From NCBI GenBank assembly GCA_020057115.1, contig JAGVGJ010000001.1, forward strand, positions 12,164 to 76,163: a stretch of 64,000 bases of DNA, given 5' to 3'. Source of the DNA: Candidatus Omnitrophota bacterium. Its GTDB lineage: Bacteria; Omnitrophota; Gorgyraeia; 2-01-FULL-45-10. Every line of letters starts with the position of its first letter. Within the stretch, counting starts at the first letter, position 1. A model generated the notes under the pieces. It worked only from the letters and a program-made list of their open reading frames with translations, was not told the DNA's origin and did no database searches. The translations under genes were made by a program, and so were the position numbers. Shown in pieces: positions 17,217 to 27,337 of the stretch.

Positions 17217-19133
17217 ATGAGATCCGGAGCCATCAGAAGCATCCTGCCTTTCTTTATACTGCCCGCCATATTTTTCGGTGTGCTCGCCTTGTCATATCTA
17301 AGGACAGCGGACAATTACGAACTTGAGACCCTGGACCTGCGTTTCAAGTTAAGGCCCCAGCCCGCTACCACCGATAAGGTGGTATTCGTAGAAATAGGAG
17401 ATGATTCCATAGCTACGCTCGGCAGGTGGCCGTTCGACAGGAATTATCACGCCCTGGTGATAAAGGCCTTGTCATCGTTCGGCGCCCGCGCCATACTCTT
17501 CGACCTCTTCTTCAGCGAGACTAACGAACAGGACAAGGATGTGGAGGCGGCCATGAAAGAGGCCGGCAATGTGTATATGCCGGTCGTCTTTGAGCTGGAC
17601 GGGAAGAACAGAAAGAGCTCGCTATCCTCAGATAAATACGCCGCTATCACCATAGACAGTTACCGTTCGGCCGTTAAGGGCGAGGGGCAGATCAACATAA
17701 TACCGGACCATGACGGCAAGTTCAGGAGGGTCCCTCTCTACATACAGGATAAAGACGTAAAGGTGCCCTACATCTCATTTTTAATAGGATGCGAATATCT
17801 CGGCATACCCCAGAAGGATATAACTTTCTTCCCCGGTAAATATATCAAGGCGGGGGAGTCTCTTACCATACCTCTCGACGAGCATTCCGATATGGTGATA
17901 AATTATTCCGGCAGGTGGGGCGCCTGTTACAAGCACTATTCCTATGTAGACGTGATACAGTCCTACATGGCGCCGATGCTTGGCCAGGATCCCATACTTA
18001 AAGCGGAAGACTTCAAGGGCAAGATATGCATCGTGGGGCTCACCGCGTCCGGAACGGTGGACCTTCATCCGAACCCGTTCGAGACGCTCTATCCGGGAAT
18101 GGGCATACACGCGGAGATGATAAATTCGCTCATCACCGGAAAGTTCATTGCCCGGGCCTCGAGAGCGGGCAATCTCGGGATACTGGCCGCGCTTCTGGCG
18201 ATCGTCACTCTCATTACCTTGAAGATGAAGCCGGTGAAGGGGCTGATTGCGCTTTGCTCGATCGCCATCGCTTATATCGTCGCAGCGGTCCTCGCATTTG
18301 ACATCTCCGGCATCTGGGTAGATATATTTTATCCTGTCGCGACTATCGGCTCGACATTCCTGGGCATCATGCTCTATAGGTATGTGGTTGAATGGAAAAA
18401 GCGCCTCATGTTCGAGAACGAGCTGTCCATAGCCAAAAAGATACAGGAGAGTTTCCTGCCGAAAGGCGTTCCCGAGATCGAAGGCGTCGAAATAGCCAAA
18501 GGCATGTTCACCGCCCACCAGGTCGGCGGCGACCTTTACGATTTCCTCAATTTCACGGATTCCCGTCTTGGCATCATGATAGGCGATGTCTCAGGCAAGG
18601 GGATCCCGGCAAGCCTGTTCATGGCCATGGTCACCGGCGAGTTCAAGTTCTTTTCCGGACAGGACACCAGGCCGCAGGAGACACTCCTTAACCTGAACGA
18701 GAAACTTATAAAGGACTCCACGTCCAACCTCTTTGTGACTATGTATTACTTGGCCCTTGACATGGCCGGCCACACCATTGCTTACGCCAACGGCGGGCAC
18801 CTGCCGATGCTGCGCGTCTCGAATAATGGCACTGAATTCCTCGATGTCATGGAGGGCGCGCCGCTCGGCCTGATGGAGGGGCCGTATTCGGGCGGGCATG
18901 CGAGTTTCGCCAAAGGCGACGTATTTATCCTGTACACTGATGGAGTTACAGAAGCCATGAACCATCGCAGGGACCTCTATGGCAAAGAGAGATTATCCGC
19001 GGTTGTACTGCGGAGCAGGGATCTGTCGTCAAAAGAGATATTGAACGCTATCGCGCGGGATGTCAAAAAGTTCGAATCCGGCGCTGGCCAGCATGATGAC
19101 ATGACCATTATCGTGATAAAAATAAACCGTTAA
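17217..19133 (+). CDS. CHASE2 sensor / PP2C (SpoIIE/RsbU-type) serine phosphatase
   Basis: N-terminal periplasmic CHASE2-like region, then TM helices, then a PP2C core (GDVSGKGIPASLFMA ... DGVTEA). Confidence 0.75.
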   Translation: MRSGAIRSILPFFILPAIFFGVLALSYLRTADNYELETLDLRFKLRPQPATTDKVVFVEIGDDSIATLGRWPFDRNYHALVIKALSSFGARAILFDLFFSETNEQDKDVEAAMKEAGNVYMPVVFELDGKNRKSSLSSDKYAAITIDSYRSAVKGEGQINIIPDHDGKFRRVPLYIQDKDVKVPYISFLIGCEYLGIPQKDITFFPGKYIKAGESLTIPLDEHSDMVINYSGRWGACYKHYSYVDVIQSYMAPMLGQDPILKAEDFKGKICIVGLTASGTVDLHPNPFETLYPGMGIHAEMINSLITGKFIARASRAGNLGILAALLAIVTLITLKMKPVKGLIALCSIAIAYIVAAVLAFDISGIWVDIFYPVATIGSTFLGIMLYRYVVEWKKRLMFENELSIAKKIQESFLPKGVPEIEGVEIAKGMFTAHQVGGDLYDFLNFTDSRLGIMIGDVSGKGIPASLFMAMVTGEFKFFSGQDTRPQETLLNLNEKLIKDSTSNLFVTMYYLALDMAGHTIAYANGGHLPMLRVSNNGTEFLDVMEGAPLGLMEGPYSGGHASFAKGDVFILYTDGVTEAMNHRRDLYGKERLSAVVLRSRDLSSKEILNAIARDVKKFESGAGQHDDMTIIVIKINR

Positions 19134-19145
19134 AAGAAAGGTCTT

Positions 19146-20306
19146 ATGGGCGCAAAAAAGAGCACGAGAGACAATGCGGCTAGAGTTCTTTTACACGTGA
19201 GCAGGATAATGAGTTCATCTCCAGAACTTGATACGGTGAATGACGCCATACTGCGGGAGTCAAGAAAGGCGCTTGGGGCTGACCACGTGTCATTGTTCCT
19301 CCTCGACCAGGAGACAGGATACCTTGACCTTATCAAGGCCGAGGGGTTTACCGCAGACCAGATAGACAACCTGAAGCTTCTCGGCAGCTGGGAGGTCATA
19401 AACGAACAGCTTGTGGAGAAGAAAAAGATCGTCGTGGCCAATGATGTCCGGAAGAGCCAGTTATTCAAGGATAAGACGCTGCCATTCTCTTCCGAGAGGC
19501 TTCCGATCCACTCATTTCTTGCCGCGCCGCTGGTAAAGGACGGCGCGACTGTCGGGGCCCTGATAGTAAGCAATAAAAAGCGGTCGAACCACCATTTTAC
19601 GAAACATGACGCGGATTTCTTGAGCACCCTCTCAAATTACATCGCCATAGCGCTTATCAGCGCCAAGCTCTACATAAAGCTGAAAGAGCTCTTCATAACC
19701 ACCGTAAAGTCCCTCGTAAAGGCTGTCGACGCCAAGGACCAGTATACTAGTGGCCATTCGGAGAGGGTGATGAAATACGCCTACACGATCGGCAAGGAGA
19801 TGGGGCTCGGCCACGATACGATGGAGAACCTGAAATTATCGAGCCTCCTGCATGATATAGGCAAGCTCGGCATAAAAGAGAGCGTTCTCTCCAAGCCCGG
19901 AAAGCTCTCCGCCCGCGAGAGGCGCCAGGTGAGCCATCATCCTGCGATCGGAGTAAAGATAGTGGATTCCATAGCCGATTCCCACAAGATAATACGGGGC
20001 ATACTCGAGCATCACGAACACTTTGACGGGAAGGGTTACCCGAACGGGCTTAAGGCAGGCGAGATATCGCTGGAAGGGCGGATAATAGCCGTTGCCGATA
20101 CATTCGACGCCATGACCACAGCCAGGCCGTACAACAGGAAATATTCGCCCGAAGAAGCGCGCCTTATGGTGAAGAAGGGCTCGGGGACGCAGTTCGATCC
20201 CCATGTGGTGCGGGTTTTTATGAGGTCATATTCGAAACATCCGGAAGTCTGGCAGGCTCTGGCATGGGCGGGACACGGCCTGGCCGAGGGCGTTGACATT
20301 TGGTAG
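19146..20306 (+). CDS. GAF-domain HD-GYP phosphodiesterase (c-di-GMP)
   Basis: HDIGKLGI and HHEHFDGKGYPNGL motifs. Confidence 0.8.
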   Translation: MGAKKSTRDNAARVLLHVSRIMSSSPELDTVNDAILRESRKALGADHVSLFLLDQETGYLDLIKAEGFTADQIDNLKLLGSWEVINEQLVEKKKIVVANDVRKSQLFKDKTLPFSSERLPIHSFLAAPLVKDGATVGALIVSNKKRSNHHFTKHDADFLSTLSNYIAIALISAKLYIKLKELFITTVKSLVKAVDAKDQYTSGHSERVMKYAYTIGKEMGLGHDTMENLKLSSLLHDIGKLGIKESVLSKPGKLSARERRQVSHHPAIGVKIVDSIADSHKIIRGILEHHEHFDGKGYPNGLKAGEISLEGRIIAVADTFDAMTTARPYNRKYSPEEARLMVKKGSGTQFDPHVVRVFMRSYSKHPEVWQALAWAGHGLAEGVDIW

Positions 20307-20332
20307 GCTCGCTGTTATAATTATTCGTTTGC

Positions 20333-20406
20333 GGGGCTGTGGTGAAGAGGGATCACATCACAATGGCATTGTGAGGTCACGAGTTCGATTCTCGTCAGCT
20401 CCACCA
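20333..20406 (+). tRNA. tRNA-Ala (anticodon GGC)
   Basis: Hand-folded cloverleaf. Acceptor ggggctg/cagctcc with the G3-U70 wobble (AlaRS identity element), anticodon loop aTGGCat, T-arm acgag-ttcgatt-ctcgt, encoded CCA. Confidence 0.8.
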
Positions 20407-20465
20407 AACTCTGCCTTGACAGCTGCCTGTGGCGGCTAAAGGCATTTTTTTTCGGAAGAAAATTC

Positions 20466-20552
20466 GCTGGAGTGGCGGAACTGGCATACGCGCCGGTCTC
20501 AAAAACCGGTAGTCGCAAGGCTGTGTGGGTTCAAGTCCCACCTCCAGCACCA
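20466..20552 (+). tRNA. tRNA-Leu (anticodon CAA), type II with a long variable arm
   Basis: Acceptor gctggag/ctccagc, anticodon stem ccggt/accgg with loop cTCAAaa, long variable arm, T-arm gtggg-ttcaagt-cccac, encoded CCA. Confidence 0.85.
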
Positions 20553-20557
20553 AAAAT

Positions 20558-21403
20558 ATGCGCATTGGTGTTCACGTATCGATAGCTGGCCATATTTACG
20601 AATCGCTCGACAGGGCTAAGGCGCTCGGCTGCGATACTATGCAGATCTTCAGCCGCAACCCGCGCGGCTGGCAGGCAGCGGAACTTGCGGCCAGCGACAT
20701 AGAAGAGTTCAGGAAGCTTAAAGCAATCTATCGCATAAGCCCGGTCGTCGTGCACATACCGTACCTTATAAATCTTGCGTCTCCCGACGATGATCTTTAC
20801 AGGAAGTCGATAGGCGCTTATATAGACGACATAAAAAGGGCCGATTCGCTCGGAGCCGAATATTTCGTGACGCACCTGGGAAGCCACGTAGGTTCAGGTG
20901 AGGATAATGGCATCAAGCGTTTTTCGGCAGCGCTCAACAAGATAATAAAAACGGCCAGGCCCAAGACCACGATACTTCTTGAGAATACGGCCGGTTCGGG
21001 CGATTCCATAGGATCGAAGTTCGGGCATATAAAAAGGATAATAGGCTCGCTCGATGACGCGTCAAAAGTGGCCGTATGCCTTGATACGGCCCACACATTC
21101 GAGGCGGGTTATGATATTAAGAGCGAGAAGGGTTTTAAGAAGACTTTTAAGGAGTTCGACGATATGCTGGGGCTCGGCCTTATCAAAGTAGTACATTTCA
21201 ATGATTCTCTTTCTCCGATCGGGTCGCATTCAGACAGGCACGAGCATCTGGGCAAGGGGAAGATAGGATTAACGGCCCTCGCGAGGGTGATAAACCACCC
21301 GAAGCTCGAAAATGCCGCTTTCATCATGGAGACCCCGAAGGATACGGATAAAGACGATATAATGAACTTAAAGACAGCAAGAAAGATGTGTAAGACAAGA
21401 TGA
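20558..21403 (+). CDS. nfo: Endonuclease IV (AP endonuclease)
   Basis: TIM-barrel xylose-isomerase-like protein with the HxxYLINLAS motif. Start chosen as ATG 20558 (MRIGVH...) because the upstream in-frame ATG lies inside tRNA-Leu. Confidence 0.85.
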   Translation: MRIGVHVSIAGHIYESLDRAKALGCDTMQIFSRNPRGWQAAELAASDIEEFRKLKAIYRISPVVVHIPYLINLASPDDDLYRKSIGAYIDDIKRADSLGAEYFVTHLGSHVGSGEDNGIKRFSAALNKIIKTARPKTTILLENTAGSGDSIGSKFGHIKRIIGSLDDASKVAVCLDTAHTFEAGYDIKSEKGFKKTFKEFDDMLGLGLIKVVHFNDSLSPIGSHSDRHEHLGKGKIGLTALARVINHPKLENAAFIMETPKDTDKDDIMNLKTARKMCKTR

Positions 21404-23907
21404 TAGAAGATACGAGACAATATCCATTTAATGAGATAGAGTCCAAGTGGCAGGAGTACTGGCGCCAGATGAGGCTCTTTAATGTAGATACCAAAGAATA
21501 CAAGAACAAATACTACTGCCTCATGATGTTCCCGTATCCGTCGGCAGCGCTGCATGTGGGCCACGGCAGGAACTATATAATAGGCGATGCCGTCGCGCGC
21601 TATAAGATGATGCGGGGATATGATGTCCTGACCCCCATGGGATTTGACGCATTCGGCCTTCCCGCAGAGAATGCCGCTATTAAGAGCGGCGTCCATCCCG
21701 AGACATCCACGCTTAATAATATAAGCACCATGAGGCGGCAGTTCAGCCAGTGGGGCGTAGAATACGACTGGGACAGGGAGGTGGTATCATGCCTTCCGGA
21801 TTATTATAAATGGACCCAGTGGATATTCCTTAAGCTTTACGGGAAGGGCCTTGCCTACAAGAAGAAAGCGTTCGTTAACTGGTGCCCTTCATGCAAGACT
21901 GTGCTTGCCAACGAGCAGGTCGTTGACAATGCCTGCGAAAGATGCTCGACAGAAGTCACCCAGAAGGACCTTGAGCAGTGGTTTTTCAAGATAACCCATT
22001 ATGCCGACAGGCTCTTAAAGGATATCGGCAAGCTTACGGAATGGCCCGAGCGCGTCAAGACAATGCAGTGCAACTGGATAGGGAAGAGCGAAGGCGTGGA
22101 GATAGATTTTAAGATAGACGGCTCAAGCGATACGCTAAAGTGTTTCACCACAAGGATAGACACGATATTCGGCGCCACCTTTATAGCCCTCGCCCCGGAG
22201 CATCCTCTTGTAGAAAAGTTCGTCAAGGGATCGAAGGAAGAAAAGGCCGTAGCCGAGCTTGTGCGGAAGATGCGGGATGAATCGAAGATCGAGCGCTCTG
22301 ACGCGAATGTCGAGAAAGAAGGCGCATTTACGGGTAAATATGTGATCAACCCTGTAAACGGCAAGAAGGTCCCGATATGGGTCGCCAATTATATACTCAT
22401 GGAATACGGCACGGGTGCCATTATGGCAGTCCCTGCCCATGACCAGAGGGATTTTGAATTCGCTAAGAAATACAAACTGCCGATCGAGGTAGTTATCGAC
22501 GACCCGAAGAGCCCTCTTAAGGTCGAGGCCATGAAAGAGGCCTATATGGGCGAGGGCATCATGGCTAATTCCGCACAGTTCAATGGCCTTGATTCAAGCG
22601 TTTCCATAACGAAGATAGCCGAGTTTTTTGAAGAAAAGGGTTATGGAAAGAGGACTACTCAATATAAGTTGAGGGATTGGCTCATCTCCCGCCAGAGATA
22701 CTGGGGAGCGCCCATACCGATAATATATTGCAATAAGTGCGGGGTCGTGCCTGTCCCGGAAAAGGACCTGCCGGTGCTATTGCCTAAGAATGTGGAGTTC
22801 AGGCCTACCGGCGAGTCTCCGCTCAAATTCTCTGAGAGTTTTGTCAATACAAAGTGCCCGAAATGCGGCGGCCAGGCGACGAGAGAGACCGACACCATGG
22901 ACACGTTCGTCGATTCAAGCTGGTATTACTTGCGTTATATAACGCCTAAACTGGATCAAAAGCCGTTTGATGCAGAACTGGTAAATAAGTGGCTGCCGGT
23001 CGATCAGTACATCGGCGGCGTTGAGCATGCGATACTGCATCTATTGTATTCCAGGTTCATAACGAAATTCTTAAAAGATATCGGATGCGTGGGGTTTGAC
23101 GAGCCGTTTAAGAACCTGTTCACCCAGGGCATGATAACAAAGAATGGCATCAAGATGTCCAAGTCGAAGGGTAACACCGTATCCCCGGATGATCTGATAG
23201 CCAGTTACGGGGCCGATACAGTGAGGTTATATACGCTTTTTATCGGTCCACCGGAGAAAGATGCCGAATGGTCGGATCGGGGAGTGGAAGGAGCGTATCG
23301 GTTCCTCGGGAGGGTGTGGAGGCTGGTAGAGAAGGGTCCAGGGTCCAGGGTCTCCCGCCCGGCAGACATAGAGGGGCGGGACAGGCAGGGTCCAGGAAAA
23401 GATAAAGAAGATGCCACTTTGAGACGCAAGATCCACTCCACCATCAAAAAAGTCACCGAGGATCTGGACGGAGGATTCCATTTCAATACCGCCATAAGCG
23501 CCGTAATGGAACTCGTCAATGAAACATATGACCGCTTAGCTCAGTCTACGGATGGTTCGTCTGGGGGTGGTGCGGTAGCCGAGGCCATCGAGACTGTTGT
23601 TATGCTCCTCTCGCCATTCGTCCCGCATATCGCCGAAGAGATGTGGCAGAAGCTCGGGAAAAAGAACAGCATATTCAGGGCGAGCTGGCCGCCTTATGAC
23701 GAGAAGGCGCTCGCAGCCGACGTATTTACGATGGTCATACAGGTGAACGGAAGGATGCGGTCCAAGATCGATGTGCCGGCCGGCATGAAAGACGACAAGA
23801 TAAAAGAGATAGCGCTATCCGACCCGAAGGTCCAGCCGTTCATCAAGGACAAGACCGTAAGACAGGTAGTGGTGGTCCCGAAGAAGTTAGTCAACATAGT
23901 AGCTTAA
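21400..23907 (+). CDS. leuS: Leucyl-tRNA synthetase
   Basis: 835 aa with HVGH (HIGH) and KMSKS motifs. In-frame GC-repeat segments at 23333-23355 and 23388-23396. Confidence 0.95.
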   Translation: MIEDTRQYPFNEIESKWQEYWRQMRLFNVDTKEYKNKYYCLMMFPYPSAALHVGHGRNYIIGDAVARYKMMRGYDVLTPMGFDAFGLPAENAAIKSGVHPETSTLNNISTMRRQFSQWGVEYDWDREVVSCLPDYYKWTQWIFLKLYGKGLAYKKKAFVNWCPSCKTVLANEQVVDNACERCSTEVTQKDLEQWFFKITHYADRLLKDIGKLTEWPERVKTMQCNWIGKSEGVEIDFKIDGSSDTLKCFTTRIDTIFGATFIALAPEHPLVEKFVKGSKEEKAVAELVRKMRDESKIERSDANVEKEGAFTGKYVINPVNGKKVPIWVANYILMEYGTGAIMAVPAHDQRDFEFAKKYKLPIEVVIDDPKSPLKVEAMKEAYMGEGIMANSAQFNGLDSSVSITKIAEFFEEKGYGKRTTQYKLRDWLISRQRYWGAPIPIIYCNKCGVVPVPEKDLPVLLPKNVEFRPTGESPLKFSESFVNTKCPKCGGQATRETDTMDTFVDSSWYYLRYITPKLDQKPFDAELVNKWLPVDQYIGGVEHAILHLLYSRFITKFLKDIGCVGFDEPFKNLFTQGMITKNGIKMSKSKGNTVSPDDLIASYGADTVRLYTLFIGPPEKDAEWSDRGVEGAYRFLGRVWRLVEKGPGSRVSRPADIEGRDRQGPGKDKEDATLRRKIHSTIKKVTEDLDGGFHFNTAISAVMELVNETYDRLAQSTDGSSGGGAVAEAIETVVMLLSPFVPHIAEEMWQKLGKKNSIFRASWPPYDEKALAADVFTMVIQVNGRMRSKIDVPAGMKDDKIKEIALSDPKVQPFIKDKTVRQVVVVPKKLVNIVA
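23333..23396. repeat. GC-rich oligo-repeat segments in-frame inside leuS
   Basis: gggtccagggtccagggtctcc ... cagggtccagg, encoding EKGPGSRVSRPADIEGRDRQGPGK. Confidence 0.75.
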
Positions 23908-23929
23908 TACCCCCGCCAAAAAAATAAGA

Positions 23930-24289
23930 ATGTTCGATCTCGAAAGACAAGAACGGATCATCGTCATTTTTCTGGTCCTGGCGCTCGTCCTGGGCCTGGG
24001 CCTGTCAGCCTATAGATATTCCCGGTCAAAGGTCACGGTACAGATAGGCCGCTTCAATGCCGCAGATCATTCCCGGGGAAACGCTCTCGTCCGGAGGCAG
24101 ATAAATGTAAATGAGGCATCCTCCGAAGAGCTCGAGAGTCTTGCCGGCATCGGCAAGGCCCTCGCAGGACGCATAGTCGAATACCGCGCCAGGAACGGCT
24201 ATTTTATCTCCAAAGAAGAGGTGAAAAAGGTCAATGGCATAGGCCCGGCACTCTTCGACAGGATCAAGGACGATATAACCACAGAATGA
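23930..24289 (+). CDS. comEA: ComEA-like helix-hairpin-helix DNA-binding protein
   Basis: N-terminal TM and tandem HhH motifs (LESLAGIGKALAGRIVEYR...VNGIGPALFDRI). Confidence 0.8.
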   Translation: MFDLERQERIIVIFLVLALVLGLGLSAYRYSRSKVTVQIGRFNAADHSRGNALVRRQINVNEASSEELESLAGIGKALAGRIVEYRARNGYFISKEEVKKVNGIGPALFDRIKDDITTE

Positions 24290-26706
24290 AAGCCCCGCTC
24301 GCATATCTTGCCGTTCTTATGATCCTCGGGATATCCCTGGCAGGGGTATTCGATATTCCGCTAGCGCATATATTCATTCTCTCCGCGGCATTGTCCGTGG
24401 CCGCATTCATATCCCTGAAAAATAGACATATATCCCACGCCTGTCTTTACCTTGCGATCTTCTTTTTAGGGGTCCTGTCGTTTCGCGCGTCAGACATACT
24501 GCCTGCCGATCACATCTCCAGGATCGTATCCGCTAAAGGCGAAAAGATATTTTTGAAGGGCATAGTGGCGGACGATCCTTCTACCGTAAAGACATTCTAC
24601 GGCGGCTATAAGACGATTTTTACATTGCGCTCTTCTTCATGCAAGACAAAGGACGCGTGGCAGGATGTTAAAGGCCTCGTAAAGGTCGATATCAATTCAA
24701 AGACCTTAGGTTGCGACATCGCATCCGGGGATGAACTTCTGGTTTACGGTTTCGCGTCAAGGCCCCGGGGATTAAAGAATCCGGGCCTCTTCGACTATTC
24801 AAAATATCTAGAGCTTAACAGGATATACCTGGAGCTAAAGGCAAAAGGCTTCTCTTCGGCCAGGGTCATAGGACGCTCCGGACCCGGCCCGGTCAGGGTC
24901 TCGGCCTATAGATTAAGGCATAAGATCTTGAACTTTTTGGGAGAGCATTTCGACGAACCGTATTCCGGCTTCTTAAAAGCGATACTTATAGGCGATAGGA
25001 CATGCCTCGACAGGTCGCTTGATGAAGATTTCATGAAGACCGGGACCATCCACATATTATCCGTAAGCGGCACGCATGTGGCGCTTATCGCATGCGTGAT
25101 CATATTCATCTTCAGATTACTGCGGATACCAAAAAAGACGGGCATGTTCCTCGCGGCGCTCTTGCTGGCATTCTATTCTTTCTCTGCCGGGCTGAACGTG
25201 CCGATAGTAAGGTCTGTTATCATGTTCGCCATATTCGCTTTGGGTTATATACTCGACAGGGAGAGCGACATATTGAACAGCCTGGCCGCGGCATGCTTTA
25301 TAATACTCCTGTGGAACCCGAAAGAGCTTTTCGACCCGAGCTTCCAACTGTCATTCGGTTCCATAGCGGCCATAGTCATCATATCGCCGGCGATAGACCG
25401 CCTGTTCGGTCTAGAGGCAAAGGGGAGGCTCTCCGGATCCGATAAAGCGAGATTTTATTTCATGAAGAGCGTCTCCGTTTCTATGGCCGCCTGGATCGGA
25501 GTGGCGCCGGTAGTATCTTTCTATTTTAATATGACCTCTCCGGTCTCCGTGATAGCGAACCTCGTTGTGATACCGGCGATATCTTTAGTGATGGTAATGT
25601 CCCTTATCTTTTTGTCGGTCGGCCCATTCTCGAGCTTTTTCGCAGCCGCTTCGGCACTCTGCATACAGTCTGCCTCGGCCTCGCTCTTTTGGATAAACCA
25701 TCTTCTGTCCGAAGTGCCGCTGGCTTACTTCCGGACGCCGGCGCCGTCCGCCCCATTTTTATTGAGTTTTTATCTTTTGCTCGCGCTTTTTATAATGCCG
25801 AAACCGATAATATTCCGGCGCATGAAGATCGAATCAAAGCACATATTGATATTAACGCTGCTCATTGCGAACATATTCATATGGCAGGGCTACTTCGCGT
25901 CTTTCGGCAAGATCCTTAAGATGGATATCCTAGACGTGGGAAGCGCAGATGCCATACTGGTTCGATTTCCCGGGAAAGGCGTGATGCTCGTTGACGCCGG
26001 CACCGGAGGCAAAGACAGGTTCGACGCCGCCCGCGCCGTAGTGGCGCCGTTCCTCTGGAACAGGGGCCTGAGGAGGATAGACGCGGTGGTGGTCACGCAT
26101 CCTCACGCCGACCACCTCGGAGGCGTTCCGTATATTTTAAATAACTTCGAGGTCGGCTGTGTGATCGATAATGGCGCAGGTTTTGACGGAAGAGAGGCTC
26201 TCGAGCGGGATTATCTCGGGATAATAAAAAAGAAAAATATCCCGCGCATACGGGCGAGGGAAGGCGATACGATCGAGGGATTTTCCGGAGTGAAGATATT
26301 CGTATTGAACCCTCCGGGTTCGGAAGACGGATCCGATCCGAACAGGTCTTCGATAGTCATGAAGATAGTTTACGGAAGATCGAGCGCGCTTTTATGCGGC
26401 GATCTCTCGGGAGAGGCGATAGAGAAGATCCTGTCGTACGGAAAGTTTTTAAAGTCGGACATCTTTAAGGTGCCGCATCATGGCGGTTCTTTCGGAGGCG
26501 AGGAGAGGGTTGCGGCGCTCTTCAATGCCGTCGCTGCCGGAGCTTGCATGGTAAGCTCAGGAGAGGGCAATAGGCCAGATCGCGCAGTAAATAACATGTT
26601 AAAAGCGTCAAACTTTATTTCCTATGAAACAAAGAAAGACGGCGCTATAAATGTATTTCTCGACGGGAAAAGTTTCAGTGTAAAAGTGTATAGGAAGAAA
26701 AACTAG
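24286..26706 (+). CDS. comEC: DNA internalisation competence protein ComEC/Rec2 with a C-terminal metallo-beta-lactamase domain
   Basis: 806 aa with a polytopic competence domain and VVTHPHADHLGG. Overlaps the comEA stop. Confidence 0.85.
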   Translation: MKAPLAYLAVLMILGISLAGVFDIPLAHIFILSAALSVAAFISLKNRHISHACLYLAIFFLGVLSFRASDILPADHISRIVSAKGEKIFLKGIVADDPSTVKTFYGGYKTIFTLRSSSCKTKDAWQDVKGLVKVDINSKTLGCDIASGDELLVYGFASRPRGLKNPGLFDYSKYLELNRIYLELKAKGFSSARVIGRSGPGPVRVSAYRLRHKILNFLGEHFDEPYSGFLKAILIGDRTCLDRSLDEDFMKTGTIHILSVSGTHVALIACVIIFIFRLLRIPKKTGMFLAALLLAFYSFSAGLNVPIVRSVIMFAIFALGYILDRESDILNSLAAACFIILLWNPKELFDPSFQLSFGSIAAIVIISPAIDRLFGLEAKGRLSGSDKARFYFMKSVSVSMAAWIGVAPVVSFYFNMTSPVSVIANLVVIPAISLVMVMSLIFLSVGPFSSFFAAASALCIQSASASLFWINHLLSEVPLAYFRTPAPSAPFLLSFYLLLALFIMPKPIIFRRMKIESKHILILTLLIANIFIWQGYFASFGKILKMDILDVGSADAILVRFPGKGVMLVDAGTGGKDRFDAARAVVAPFLWNRGLRRIDAVVVTHPHADHLGGVPYILNNFEVGCVIDNGAGFDGREALERDYLGIIKKKNIPRIRAREGDTIEGFSGVKIFVLNPPGSEDGSDPNRSSIVMKIVYGRSSALLCGDLSGEAIEKILSYGKFLKSDIFKVPHHGGSFGGEERVAALFNAVAAGACMVSSGEGNRPDRAVNNMLKASNFISYETKKDGAINVFLDGKSFSVKVYRKKN

Positions 26707-26723
26707 CTTTTTTCTTTCTTACC

Positions 26724-26752
26724 TTGACAAATATATCGATTCATGATATAGT
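26724..26752 (+). promoter_or_regulatory. Sigma70-like promoter (TTGACA-17-TATAGT) for the PilZ gene
   Basis: -35 at 26724-26729 and -10 at 26747-26752. Confidence 0.45.
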
Positions 26753-26836
26753 TTACACAGAAAATCAAAGTAACAGAGAGTTTAAGAACTCATAGATATA
26801 TTCAATTTTTACAAGGCCACTACAAAGGAGGGCCAA

Positions 26837-27208
26837 TTGGACGCAAAATCTGGTAATCGCGTGGATGAGAGAAGAAGGTATCCAAGAGCGGAAACCAATC
26901 TGCCCATCAGCTACAAAAACTTAAGAAGCGTAGGCGAGGCCCCGGTCAGCTCTTCGACCCGGGACATCAGTGAGGGCGGAGCCCGCTTCAAAACGAACGA
27001 ATTTATATCGCTTGCCTGTCGTCTCGTGTTGGAGATATCGATACCCACGTCTCCGAAACCCGTAAAGGCGATATCCAAGGTTGCGTGGATCAAGAAGCTT
27101 CCGACCGGTGATAATTACGAGATAGGGAACCATTTCCTGGAGATCACCAAGGAAGACAAGTCACGCATCATGGATTACATGAATAATGCGGTCAAGGAAA
27201 TCCTCTAA
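26837..27208 (+). CDS. PilZ-domain c-di-GMP-binding protein
   Basis: RRYPRAE (RxxxR) and DISEGGARF (DxSxGG) motifs. TTG start with SD AAGGAGGG. Confidence 0.65.
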   Translation: MDAKSGNRVDERRRYPRAETNLPISYKNLRSVGEAPVSSSTRDISEGGARFKTNEFISLACRLVLEISIPTSPKPVKAISKVAWIKKLPTGDNYEIGNHFLEITKEDKSRIMDYMNNAVKEIL

Positions 27209-27284
27209 AGGCGCCTTCCGCGAGGCAACACCAGGACCTTCCAGAACATCTTAATAATTAATTATCTATTATAGCCTATTCTTT

Positions 27285-27313
27285 TTGACCAATTATCCGT
27301 TACATGGTATAAT
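27285..27313 (+). promoter_or_regulatory. Near-consensus sigma70 promoter (TTGACC-17-TATAAT) for bamD
   Basis: -35 at 27285-27290 and -10 at 27308-27313. Confidence 0.5.
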
Positions 27314-27337
27314 CCATTTATCAATTTTAGGAGTGTC

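Noticed and set aside
20407-20465. Hairpin plus T8 run between tRNA-Ala and tRNA-Leu as a terminator
   Set aside because: The stem is only 5 bp with a 21-nt loop. More likely a tRNA processing spacer.
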